Assembly (NCBI GenBank): GCA_030295235.1
Contig: AP026167.1
Span: 868,001-932,000, forward strand
From: Fistulifera solaris
Lineage: Eukaryota
DNA: 64,000 bases
Direction: 5' to 3'
How positions within the stretch are numbered: position 1 is the first letter of the stretch; every line of letters starts with the position of its first letter. The notes under the pieces are model-generated. The model searched no databases. It was not told where the DNA came from and was given only the letters and a program-made list of their open reading frames with translations. The position numbers were made by a program, and so were the translations under genes. Of the stretch, positions 1-11,100 are shown in pieces.

Positions 1-186
1 AGTGCAAAATTGATAAGCATTATAGGAATCACAGCAGAATATGTTCATAGGGTTGACTTAGTAAGATGAGACCGACAAGATTTACAAAAGAACAAAATGT
101 CTACGCGCTAAAATACAATATTATCAAAAACAATAGGTATCTCCCACGCCTGCGAATCAATAGCTTGGTATGCACATTGTGCACGA

Positions 187-681
187 TCATGTCTCAATCC
201 GCTGTCGTACGCAACGCTCGGGCTCATCTTGGCCGTCACGATCTCGTTTCTCATCAAGGTAGGCATAGTAAAACGCTCTAAATCCGGCTTCAGTTGCTTC
301 TTTTATTGCACGGTGGCATATTTTATGAGCAAAAGCACCAAGTTTTTCACTGTCCAAGGTATTATCTGATTGTCGAAGCCTATTCGAAACGTGTACAATT
401 AGACGATTCGAAAGAACTCGGTTGTGCTGGCGTTCAGAGAACGATCTAGTATCAAACGGATCCCATTCAGATCCTTGCCATTTCCGTGTCATAGATTGTC
501 TTTTCAGAGATGATCGAAAGCTAATTAAGTCATCAGGCTGGTACCACATGCTCTTCTTCAAAGCATCAAAATCACCTTCCTCAAGCGTCTCCGAAGGGAC
601 AAACACTATTGGTAAAGAGAAACGCACTTTAATCGAGTCGTTCTTTGTTCTTGTTTGCGGTGATTGGAAGGTTTTGCACAT
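187..681 (-). CDS. Hypothetical protein (diatom-type, KVRF...WY motif)
   Basis: 164-aa ATG ORF; the KVRFS...MWYQ pattern resembles common diatom hypothetical proteins; no known domain recognised. Confidence 0.55.
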   Translation of the reverse strand: MCKTFQSPQTRTKNDSIKVRFSLPIVFVPSETLEEGDFDALKKSMWYQPDDLISFRSSLKRQSMTRKWQGSEWDPFDTRSFSERQHNRVLSNRLIVHVSNRLRQSDNTLDSEKLGAFAHKICHRAIKEATEAGFRAFYYAYLDEKRDRDGQDEPERCVRQRIET

Positions 682-1272
682 AATCTTTTATCTAGAGGAC
701 TGCAAATGCAAAGGATTGACGAAATGAATGAATACGATATATTTCTGGTCCGTTGTTCGTGATGCGTGTAACGCATAAAATTTAGAAGCGAAATGGAACT
801 CGAAGACAGAAGAATTTTTTTTGTGTGCTTGTGACAGCTTTTGGAAATCCGAAGAACCTTCAAGATTCAGAAACTTCAAGTCGCGGGAGCATACTCTAGA
901 CTTTTGAGTCGTTGAGTCAGGCGTCAGACGTCAGGCGCACATTTGCGTCGTGTGTGTGTTTGTCAGTTTGTTGTCAGCTATCAGTTCCCAACAGTTACAA
1001 TCAAACGGTCCGACCTTTAAGTCCAGTTTGTCCCGGGTCCCGAGTCCCAAAGATGGTCCGTTCTTTCGATTAACTGAAATGCATATCACTTCTAGCTTCT
1101 TGTTGCTTGGTAGCCACAGTCATGTCAACCGCTTTTTCTTCTCTTAATAAAGTTGTCGACTTGACTCGTAATTATCAGAGCTCGGAACAACTAATGTAAT
1201 GAGCTAATGTGGCATTCTGTAATTGACCGGGGAAACAACGACGCTAGTAGTTGCATTTATGTTACGTGATGT

Positions 1273-1863
1273 TTATTCGTTCTTTTTGCGGTTGATGACA
1301 GCAATTCGTAAGCCAGCAACTTTGTTTTCTTTGGCGGCCGTACGAATAGTGGATACAGCCTCGAACGCCTTCATTTCAGCGGTAACCTCCTGCATTTCAA
1401 TCGCGGGAGCAGGTTTGACAATGGGTTGAACAATACCCTTCAATTGAGGTGGAGCAGCATCTCCTTTCTTAAGCACAACCAATTTCTTCAAGTATTCTTC
1501 CAAGCGCGCAACATTGGCCGTCAAACTCTCCTCCGATTTGTTTCGGCGGCGCCAATCGATGGCGATTCCGATCGTTTGGGCGTAAGAAGGGTTTACCTTG
1601 ACAGCTTTTAGCTCCTCCAACGTGAATCCCTTTCCTAGACGAATCTTAGCCGAGTACTTTTGCGTTGGGCAATGCACAATCGGTCGCAATCGTTCCATCG
1701 GTGCCGGGGCAATTTTAGCGGCCTTGGCAGCACGCTTGACACGGCGTGCTTTCTTGCGAGTGGCCTGGTTCAAGCCGAGCTTGACTTTCAAAGGACCACG
1801 ACTGCTCTCGCAATACTTTTTCTTGCAGTGGATGTTGGGGATGATATTGTTGTGTTTCACCAT
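1273..1863 (-). CDS. RPL13: 60S ribosomal protein L13 (eL13)
   Basis: MVKHNNIIPN, LRPIVHCPTQKY, RLGKGFTLEELK, IGIAIDWRRRNKSEESL are L13e motifs. Confidence 0.97.
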   Translation of the reverse strand: MVKHNNIIPNIHCKKKYCESSRGPLKVKLGLNQATRKKARRVKRAAKAAKIAPAPMERLRPIVHCPTQKYSAKIRLGKGFTLEELKAVKVNPSYAQTIGIAIDWRRRNKSEESLTANVARLEEYLKKLVVLKKGDAAPPQLKGIVQPIVKPAPAIEMQEVTAEMKAFEAVSTIRTAAKENKVAGLRIAVINRKKNE

Positions 1864-2536
1864 TTTAGCGTGTTAATGTGTTTACAAACTTAAGAAGAAA
1901 AGAAATCAAAATTGAGCACGTGAGAGAGGCAGGCGAGAGCGAAAAGTTATTTTTACGAAATATTTTCAAAGCTCTGGAAAAGCGCTCGGCTCAACCAATA
2001 AGCTACAGCTTCCTTTCAAATACTCCGTACTAATTTGCAATTCGGGCCTTTGTGCCAAAAGGAAAAGCCAGGCGCAAATAAAACTTCGGTATGGACAACT
2101 TTTTTCAGCGTTCTTGCGCTAATGCGAATGGACCAATTAAAAACAACATTCTATTGGACGAAAAAGGGTCAGCATACCTTGAACAACGAAACGAAATACT
2201 CTGTCGCAGTTGATGCGCGTGGTGGGCGAACGATGAAAATCCCCTCGTTGCGATGTAGTAGAGCGAGAAGCGGTAAACGAGTTTTGCTTGACTTTCTAGT
2301 ACTCACTTCTTGTTCTACAGTGGATGATCACCTTAATCGTAAAAACAGTTATGTGTACCGGTACGATTTATTGCAACGTCGGGAACGAATTATTGAAACA
2401 GACATGAGCCACCATAAATTACCAAAGGACGCTTATTTGTGTTCAGATTATTTGTGTTCATTATTCTGACGAGGTGCAATGGTGAAGCAATCACGTTTCT
2501 ATCTCATGTACGAGCAGCTACGACAATAACAATACG

Positions 2537-2700
2537 ATTTGGGGGTGTAGCGTGTTTTCACGTTCCCACATAATATGGGGGTGTGGTTTTTTCACCTGAC
2601 CAGAAAATCTGGGAGTGTGGATTTTCACGTATCCAGAAAATATGAGCGAGTGGTGTTTTCACCCCAGAAAATCTGGGAGTGTGGTGTTTTTCACGTCCGG
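2537..2700 (-). repeat. Degenerate array of ~5 copies of a ~34-bp repeat (reverse complement of the 45229-45573 unit)
   Basis: Units such as AAAATCTGGGAGTGTGGATTTTCACGTATCCAG and AAAATATGAGCGAGTGGTGTTTTCACCCCAG match the consensus AAAATATGGGCGAGTGGTGTTTTCACGTACCCAG. Confidence 0.85.
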
Positions 2701-3009
2701 TTTGCTGGTACATGTCCATTATTTGTTCACGGCAAATAGCTTCGACAGACAGGCCATTACCAGGCGAACCTGCCTGCCTCTATCCCTCTGCCCGCTGCCC
2801 GCTCACACTCCCACCAAAGGAGTACACCGCCCACAAGCCCGAAGTCACACCCGTTTTCACACCAACCCTAAAAAACCAAACCCCGTTTTCCCAAACCCCA
2901 ACCGACCTCTCAACCACAAACCTTTTGCCGTCTGCCCTCTCTCCTGTTTTGTTGCTTTCACCAGAATGAATTTTGATAGCGTTTCAGGTTGAATGCACAA
3001 GGTCTACAA

Positions 3010-3030
3010 TCTCTCTCTCTCTCTCTCTCT
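3010..3030. repeat. (CT)10 microsatellite upstream of eIF3g
   Basis: Direct reading. Confidence 0.9.
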
Positions 3031-3087
3031 TTCTTCGATTGCTTTTTAGATAATTGACACCGTTGTGTAAACAAGTTTTAACAAAAG

Positions 3088-4044
3088 ATGCCTATTACAC
3101 CACGTTGGGGCGACGAAGACGATGATTCGGACGACGAACAGCAGCGCGTTCACCGCGATCCAAAACAAGTTGTCATTCCTCCCACGCACAAATCTCGCGT
3201 AGACTCGAAAGGGATTCAAGTTGTCACATCGTATCGTCTGAATCCCAACAATCATTCTCAGCTGCTCAAAACAGTCACAAAGGTCAAAGTCTCTGTAGAG
3301 CGTGTGCGTGAAGCGAAAGCGGTGGAAGAACGCAGACAATGGAGCAAGTTCGGACAGGCGCTCATTGACGAAAAGGAAAATACGAAAACGACCGTGCAAT
3401 CCAAAGATGAAATCCTCATGGAAGATCCTCACGCCGATACTGATTTACAAGACGAAGACCCTGGAAAGGCTATTGCGGGTAACCTCAATGAGTTCTGGGC
3501 GAAGCAACAAAGACGTCAACTCGAACGTAAATACGATGTTACGGGTAATGCTGAGCCGCAAGATGCGGGATGGACGCAGGTGGGAACCGGAGCTGCTGCT
3601 CCTTCGACTGGAAAGTATGTGCCTCCGGCGGCGCGTGGTGGTGCCAGCGGCGGTAGCAGTGCATTTAAGCCGGAACGCCGAATGGACGATCTGAATACGA
3701 TTCGTGTCACTAACTTGTCGGAAAACACAAGCGAACACGATTTACAAGAATTGTTTGCACGATATGGTCGTATTTCTCGTGTGTACTTGGCGAAAGACAA
3801 GGAAACGATGCAGTCCCGAGGATTCGCTTTTGTTTCCTTCGTCATGCAATCGGATGCTGCCAAGGCTATGGAGGCGTTGCAAGGCTATGGTTACGATCAT
3901 TTGATTTTGAAACTAGAATGGGCCCGTCCGAATGCTCCCAAAGATCCTGCAACAAGTGGTACCGAGTTCCGCAGTGGGTATGGTAAAGCTTTGGCACAGG
4001 ATACTACGGCAAAAGTATCGTATGCTTCCAATCTTACAAAATAA
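3088..4044 (+). CDS. EIF3G: Eukaryotic translation initiation factor 3 subunit G
   Basis: N-terminal RWGDE and ERRQWSKFG; KYVPP; C-terminal RRM with TIRVTNLSE, SRGFAFVSF, GYGYDHLILKLEWA. Confidence 0.95.
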   Translation: MPITPRWGDEDDDSDDEQQRVHRDPKQVVIPPTHKSRVDSKGIQVVTSYRLNPNNHSQLLKTVTKVKVSVERVREAKAVEERRQWSKFGQALIDEKENTKTTVQSKDEILMEDPHADTDLQDEDPGKAIAGNLNEFWAKQQRRQLERKYDVTGNAEPQDAGWTQVGTGAAAPSTGKYVPPAARGGASGGSSAFKPERRMDDLNTIRVTNLSENTSEHDLQELFARYGRISRVYLAKDKETMQSRGFAFVSFVMQSDAAKAMEALQGYGYDHLILKLEWARPNAPKDPATSGTEFRSGYGKALAQDTTAKVSYASNLTK

Positions 4045-4535
4045 ATAATCAGAGTGAATTTGTGAACTTGTTCAATGAGGAAATCTGACGTTTTGATTAG
4101 ATGAATGATTCGGAGCACGCGTTTGCACTGATTTAGATAGGTTCGCTAATCTGTAAAACCTTTTTCTGCGCAGCAAACCGTTAGACTCTAGAGTTTTTTT
4201 AATTTGCTGTACTATCAAGAGATTGGAAACGAATAACTAGTACCAGGTTTACAACTTAGACGTTTCGACTGCGATAGACCTAGTCGATCCGGGATCCGAT
4301 CGCGTGCAAAGCAGCAGGCCGTAGCGTTGTGACACGTACCAAGTACGTACTTCGAACGGTTTTCCAGTTTCCAGTTTCCAGGTCTCGGTAGTTGCGCGTC
4401 GTCCTCATTTTCTCGCTCAACTTCATTTGTTTTGATCGAACTCTACTCGTTCCTCCTTGCGAGAGAGCATTGTGTCGCCTGTAAACGCTCCTCTACGACT
4501 TAATAGACTGACTAGAAAGGAAGTTGACGTTAGAG

Positions 4536-4970
4536 ATGGGTCTGTTTCATAAGACAAAACGATCCGCCTGCACCAGTTTCATCTGGATTATGTTTTTTGC
4601 CACTAGTGTTGCGGGGTGGACTACTTCATTACAATCAAAGAGACCAAGCGATACACAACTTGATGCTACAACACGCCGCGCGTTTCTTTTTACAACAGCC
4701 ACGACGACTGCCGCTTCCTTAATTCCTTTTGTAACGTACGCAAACGATTCCTCCGACAACCCAAAAATCGATCCATTCGATGCGATGAGTGACGCACTCC
4801 GACAACAAGGATGGCCGAATTCGGCATCGCCTTTACCGATTCCCTCCAATAGCTCGCTGAGTACAAGCGACAACAGTGGTGTTGAAATAAAGAGGGTGTC
4901 GTCTGACTTTGAAAACGCCCTCCAGCAAGCCGTCAAGAGGAAACAAGTTGATCCTCGCACTCATGGTTGA
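4536..4970 (+). CDS. Small hypothetical protein, probably plastid/thylakoid-lumen targeted
   Basis: Hydrophobic signal ending SVAG|W, S/T-rich transit region, then twin-arginine TRRAFL plus hydrophobic stretch ending TYA; start codon uncertain. Confidence 0.65.
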   Translation: MGLFHKTKRSACTSFIWIMFFATSVAGWTTSLQSKRPSDTQLDATTRRAFLFTTATTTAASLIPFVTYANDSSDNPKIDPFDAMSDALRQQGWPNSASPLPIPSNSSLSTSDNSGVEIKRVSSDFENALQQAVKRKQVDPRTHG

Positions 4971-5405
4971 TTCTGCTCTCATTTTAAGAACTAAAACTTT
5001 GCAAGGGTATCATTCATCTCATCTTTTGATCTTCGCAAGCGTGCTTGCGCGATCTCTCACAATACGAACATCGGTTTTTTACTTGATCAAACGAGATAAT
5101 TGATCTGTTGTTTGCAACCTATTAAGTAAACAAGTATTTCACACCGATGATGGAATGATTTCAAGATTTCCCTTTTTAATCGTAGAAAGTAGCAAGGCTA
5201 GGCTATCTGAAGTACTTGTTTGCGCACTAGATTATTTATTTATAGAAAGGTAATCGCACGTTTCGCGGTGAAAGCCATGCCTATCGTTTTCGCAGCAATC
5301 TGTAAGATTCGATAATCACATATTCATTGAATCGGTATAATCTTTTTATTGAACATGTTGTTCATCCTTCAGCTATCATGAAGAATTGATTTTTAATAAA
5401 TTCAA

Positions 5406-6017
5406 TCAACGCCACATGGCCCACAACAAAAAGAGAAATGCCAATACTAGACCGATTGCTATCCCATATACAATCATCTTTTGTTGCACTTGCCTTCGAC
5501 TCATGCTGGTCAAAATGCGTCGCGCCCGTCCCGTCATTCCGGAGACTTCTCTCACACGACCGTGTGCATTCAATAATGTCTCCCGATTGTTACCCAACTC
5601 TTCGGTAATTTCCAAAGCCACAGCTTCCGTTTCTTGCATCGTCCGACGAGCCCGTTCAAGTGTATCATTTTGATTCGAAAGCATATCTTCATTCTTTTGT
5701 AAAACTCTACGTTCATAGTCGCCGTTGCTATTTTTTGTGCCGCCCAGCAGGGACTGTTTGTCACTCTTTTGTTGTACAGCTTGATACTGCGACTTGGCTT
5801 GACGCACTTTTTGTAGCAGCAAGTTTTTGACGTTCGTGGAAGGCTGCGATCGTGCTTCCAACGCCATTTGCTTAATTAAATCATCACATTGTTGCAACAG
5901 GTTTTTCGTAAAAGCACCGGGAGGTTCCGTCGACAAGGAGTTTTCAATTTGTTGCAATAGCGATTGAAATTCGTCGTCGTATCGTTGAAATGTCGTATCA
6001 CTGTCTGCCATTGTCAT
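5406..6017 (-). CDS. VTI1: VTI1-family Qb-SNARE
   Basis: FQRYDDEF, DDLIKQMALEAR, SNARE motif (ETEAVALEITEELGNNRETL) and C-terminal TM anchor. Confidence 0.92.
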   Translation of the reverse strand: MTMADSDTTFQRYDDEFQSLLQQIENSLSTEPPGAFTKNLLQQCDDLIKQMALEARSQPSTNVKNLLLQKVRQAKSQYQAVQQKSDKQSLLGGTKNSNGDYERRVLQKNEDMLSNQNDTLERARRTMQETEAVALEITEELGNNRETLLNAHGRVREVSGMTGRARRILTSMSRRQVQQKMIVYGIAIGLVLAFLFLLWAMWR

Positions 6018-6545
6018 TAATTATTAATATCTAGAAGTAATAATTCTTTCGGTTGACTAGTTAAAGTTGTTGGAGTGCAAATGCAAGTGAACCTGCAGTT
6101 CGCAATAACCGTCTTTAGCGGTTGCTTTTCGTTGCGTTTTTTTTTTTGCAAAGGTGCGTGTTGCGTGATGAGAAAAGAACTGCGGCCATTTTTGTTCACC
6201 GTCAACCATTTTCATTCCCGTTTAGGACGCGCTACGACAAAAACTGAAGAGAGCCGATGTGGCTTACGGAGTGGCCCAAAGTGTAGGCGGTAGGCTCAAT
6301 TAACCACGACTGCATTTCAATCATGAAAAAATGAAATTGAAGCCCGAAGCCTTATCGGATATACCAGACAGATTCTATGTAGTTGTACTTGTACTTGTAC
6401 TTGTACCAGGTACCGGTACCGGTAATTGTGTTTTGTACCAGGTATCATCCTCATCATCCATCATCTCAAATTATTACTTCGAGTATTACCAGGTATACTT
6501 GGTAGACATTAAATTCATGAAACAATCATACAGCAGCATCCTTTC

Positions 6546-7568
6546 TTGAAGTATATGTATATACAAGTACTGGTAGTGAGCTGTTACAACGCGATGGCAC
6601 CGTTTATTAACCTTTTCTGGATCATGTTCTCTTTTGTCCGTCATCCTGTCTGTCGAAAGGTACAAGGTTCTGCTCCTCATTGTTATTCGTCGTCATCACG
6701 GTTACTCTTGACCGTCAAGAATGTCATAACCAGCCCAAAATCAAATACAATCCAAAAAGTACAAAAGCTACTCCAACAGCGCAAAAAGCGTCTCGAATAC
6801 AATCAGGTTGTCGTCGAAGGACCCCGAAGTGTCTTCGATTTATTGAAAACGCACCCCAAGGTTGTACGACAGGTTATTGCTGATATCGATCAAACTCATT
6901 ATCATACTGCACTATCACAATACGACAAGGAACTGGAAATATACCACGCTACCGCGGCAGCTCTACAGTCCTGTTCTGATACCAATCAGGGTATCGTTGC
7001 TGTATGCGATATCCCACAACCAGGTTCGGTGGTACCTTCTTCCAAGTTACAACGCGTCACACTTATTTTGGATGCATTGCAAGATCCGGGTAATGTCGGT
7101 ACATTGATTCGATCCGCGGCAGCAACCGGAGTTGTAGAGCACATTTATTTTTTGCCAGGAACCTGTGATCCGTGGAATCCGAAAGCATTGCGAGCGGCCA
7201 TGGCGTCTACGTTTGGAATATCGATGAAATTTATGGATTCATGGGATGAGTGTCTGCAAGAACTGCGTCAACAGCAATCGTACGCTCACTTTCCGATTTA
7301 TGCAGCCGCCATGACCACTGAGTCGAAGTGTTATCATGAAATCATTTCAAATTGGGCCAAAGAGCCAGATACGCATAAAATGGCACTGATCTTGGGATCT
7401 GAAGGTAATGGTCTATCACCTGAAATTCAACAAGCTTTGAAAAGTCGTGAGATGCAAGCTTTGTACATTCCAATGCAACCCGTAGTCGAAAGTTTGAATG
7501 CAGCAGTATGTGGAAGTATTCTATTGTATGAAGTTCTGCGTTGTCTAGAATCCTCAAAACAGAGATAG
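6546..7568 (+). CDS. SpoU/TrmH-family RNA 2'-O-methyltransferase (true start probably a downstream Met; possibly organellar)
   Basis: LDALQDPGNVGTLIRSA, LILGSEGNG, IPMQPVVESLNAAV SPOUT motifs; N-terminal ITSPKSN...VVEG. Confidence 0.92.
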   Translation: MKYMYIQVLVVSCYNAMAPFINLFWIMFSFVRHPVCRKVQGSAPHCYSSSSRLLLTVKNVITSPKSNTIQKVQKLLQQRKKRLEYNQVVVEGPRSVFDLLKTHPKVVRQVIADIDQTHYHTALSQYDKELEIYHATAAALQSCSDTNQGIVAVCDIPQPGSVVPSSKLQRVTLILDALQDPGNVGTLIRSAAATGVVEHIYFLPGTCDPWNPKALRAAMASTFGISMKFMDSWDECLQELRQQQSYAHFPIYAAAMTTESKCYHEIISNWAKEPDTHKMALILGSEGNGLSPEIQQALKSREMQALYIPMQPVVESLNAAVCGSILLYEVLRCLESSKQR

Positions 7569-8145
7569 TGGATGTAACTCGATCATGTCATTGTATTCCT
7601 TGTTTGTTAAATGGTGAAAAGTGGCTAGAGTGTCGATGTGATAATTCACCGGTGGCTTACCTCGAATAGTTCGTGACTGGAATTGGTTTCGAGTCAGGCT
7701 AAAGTGTCGTCTACACTTTGAATGACACTCAAAGTAATCAATTCCTCGAAAGGCGACTAACGTTATTCTTTCCAGCGATAACATTTACATTAGATGCTAT
7801 CGTCACTGCAGCTGTTGCTTCTACCTTCACAATCCTTTATTTATACTTTTGATTATTTGGTCTCCTAACTGACGGCTCACGATGCGATAAACAGCCTTTG
7901 GCGGTCTGGCACTTGTCCGTGAAAGTACTTTCCGCCGTCCGTCCCCACATCAGCTGGAAACAAACGCGCGGCGTGAGATGATTTTTTTTTGACCGGGAAG
8001 ACGATCGAGAGGGCAAAGATCGTTCTCAGTTCTCAGCGTCTTGACGAGTCAATGGGACTATCTTTGGTTAACTTAATCATAATATACTGCTTGAATTCGA
8101 TCAGTTCCTTCTAAGTTGTTACTTAGAAAAGAGATTCTTTGAAGG

Positions 8146-11100
8146 ATGAACGACAACGAAGAACTGACGCCTGCAACTACCGAAGTCACTGAAGCGACAA
8201 TCCGCGAGCAAATCTTGACATTGGTTTCGTGTGCGCCGGACGTCTGGACTTCGAAACAACGCGCTACCTTTCTGCAGAAAATAAATGAATTGATTGAGCA
8301 AGAACCACTTGCGCGTCGTATTTTGTCCGAGTGGAAAGGTAAGGAGTTGATGTGACAATTTCTAGCGCAGTTTCTCATTATTTAGTCTCACATCCTACTT
8401 CTTATTTGAACAACATCGTTCGCAGAGTTGCAGTGCTCTTCGATACACGCTTATAAGCGCGTGGTTCCTTTGTACACGCGATCAATTGTTTTGTCGCTCG
8501 CGGAATCATCATCAGAGGTATCACAGGGCGAAGGAGAGGGTAATATGGCGTCGACAACAGCCAATCTTTGTCAACAACTGGCTCGTTTGTTATACGCCGC
8601 TCAGAGTGCTACTTTACTGCAACAAGCCGCTCAACAACTGGTTGGTACTAGCAACAGTAGTGAGTCGCTCACTTTAGAGGACAAGAAGAAATTGGTGGAT
8701 CTCTTGCAGAATGCAAGTGATAATTCATCCACTTTCATCGTTTGCTTGTCCTTGGGAGCAGTCTTGGACCCGCAACGAGATTGGATATCATTGTTGTTGC
8801 AGCATTCCCTGGCTCACTTTTCCAGTTCTAGTGACCTGCGGTTGGCGGCTCCCATCTGGGCCACGCAGCATGGTGGCAACATCTGGCAAACGACCATTGC
8901 ACCCGCTCTGCTTCTGAAAGTAAAGTCACATCCTGACCGAGCGTTGGACACTGTTTTAGGTTGGATTCAGGGACTGGCTGAGCACGCGGATGCTGTGGCG
9001 TTGGATGACGAATGGATTCAATGGTTGCTGCAGAAACACATTGTACAAGGCAACAACGAGGAAAACCGAATGTCGGCGCAACAAATTCTTCAAGTCAGTG
9101 CACGACAATCTGGTGACGCTACCTATGCTATAGCCAAAGCTGTGGCACAAGTTCAGACATCACAAGTCGGTGTGCGTATGGCGTGCTACACACTTTTGCA
9201 ACAACTGGCGTATGACTTGCAACAATTCAAGGAAGCGAGAAAGATATCTTCGCTACAAGGTGTATGGGAGGGACTATTTACACTCTTTGCTAAAGAAACG
9301 AAACCAGAGCCCAAACGATGTGGGACTGAAGCTTTGGTCGAGTGGATGGTTGCGGCGAAACAGCAGGGCGTCGATTATACACCAGCCTTGCAATTTTTTC
9401 AGACTCCACTCCAGTCCAAACAGATGAATACGTCCGAAGCCGCTCGCTTATGGGCAGTACTGGTGGAAAAGGTACAGCCCGATGTTTTGCAAGCTATCGT
9501 GTTGGATTTGTGGACGGCGGGTTCGGATAAGACATGGAACCAAGCAACAGAAGGTATGCTGGAGACAGCGTCCAAGAAGAAGGCAGCACACGTGGATGGA
9601 CTTGTGGCCATTTATTTTGCATTATTGCTTGCGATTGGAACCAAAACATCTTTGCCATTGCAACCCACTGTCACCAAAGTCCTTACGACGAGCAGTTCCT
9701 TTCTTTACAGCGCTCCATTACTGGATTCCGTACCGAGTACACCGTTGATCAGTATGATTTTACCCCAAGTTCTTGCTCTTTACACGCAATGGAGTCATGA
9801 ACAAAAGTCGCCTTCCTCGTATCCAAAACTCTTTCCCTCCAGCCAAGCCGCCATTCGCGCTCTGGTGGTCTGCATTCTCAATCCGTGTAGTACCCATCCG
9901 CCCGACAATGTGCGAACCGCACAACAACACTACGCCAGCAATGCCCTCGTCACGGTATTGGAACGAATTCTACGATGTGAACCTTCTACAGTAGCGCCAT
10001 TAGTCACTGTCTTGTTCGATGCGGTCCAACAAGCATGTCGTGCTTTTGAATCGCAAGATATTTCCGAAGACGCCCCTGATTCGAACACCAAAATGAAAGG
10101 AAATGCAAGTAAAGACGCAGCCCACAGGGGTTTTGACTGCAATGCCGTCCGGCGCGTTGCGAGGCTTCTTGCAGTAGACATTGATCCGACACATATGGCA
10201 CGTGTCTTGGTCTTAATGCATGCTGGGTCATCCACGCGAAACACTGGGCATCAACGAGCTGCACTTATTATTAATACCCGAAGTGCGTTAGCCGAGGTTC
10301 TAGATTGGGCGGGGGCTGCGTTTAATCTGGATGAATTAGGACAGGAGATTGTTCGATTAGCTAGTGATGGACGGTATGACGCCGAATCTAGTATGAGCCA
10401 AACCATTCATCGTTCATCGTGCAGTCTCCTCGTGAGTCTCGGAGTTATCGCTAGCAATGACGCTACTGACAATGACAAAGAAGAACCATATCACATCGTT
10501 CACAAATTGTGCGTGGAGATCATTAGTCCAAAGGTTGCCGCCAAACTGAGTGAATGCTTGGATCAAGTAGAAACGTTGAGTGCAGATGACATGGAGATCT
10601 ATTTGACACCGCTCGGTACTTTGTGTGAACAGAGAGAGGAACGCGACGAAAACAGGAACAGAAAGACCGGCAAGCGATTAACTGAAGACGAAGAATGGGA
10701 ATTACAAACCAAAAAGGAGCTTGCTTTTTAAAAAAAAAGGACGGCGTTCATGGATTGACGGAAGAGCAGAAAAAGAAAATTAAAGAGCAGGATGTTGAAC
10801 GTGAACGAATCAAATCCCTTGTGAACGGGAACTTTGCGTCAACTTTGGAATGCATCCAATATCTCTCATCTTCTGACATTGAAGTCGGTAACTCTTGCCT
10901 CGCAACTTTCGCTGATCCTGTCCTTCGTTCCGCGGTTTCAATGTGCCCCGCTATACTTGCTCTACGTAATATCCGTGTTGCATGCTACGATACTCTGACA
11001 ACGCTGGCAAGTTGCGTTTATGAAATTGACGAGAAACATGCCTCCGCTATGGTTCATGCACTTCTCATCAGTTGCAGACGACCGACATCCACTGATGGAA

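Noticed and set aside
10720..10740. Programmed ribosomal frameshift in GCN1 at TTTTTAAAAAAAAAA
   Set aside because: Similar homopolymer breaks occur in many unrelated genes; sequencing error is simpler
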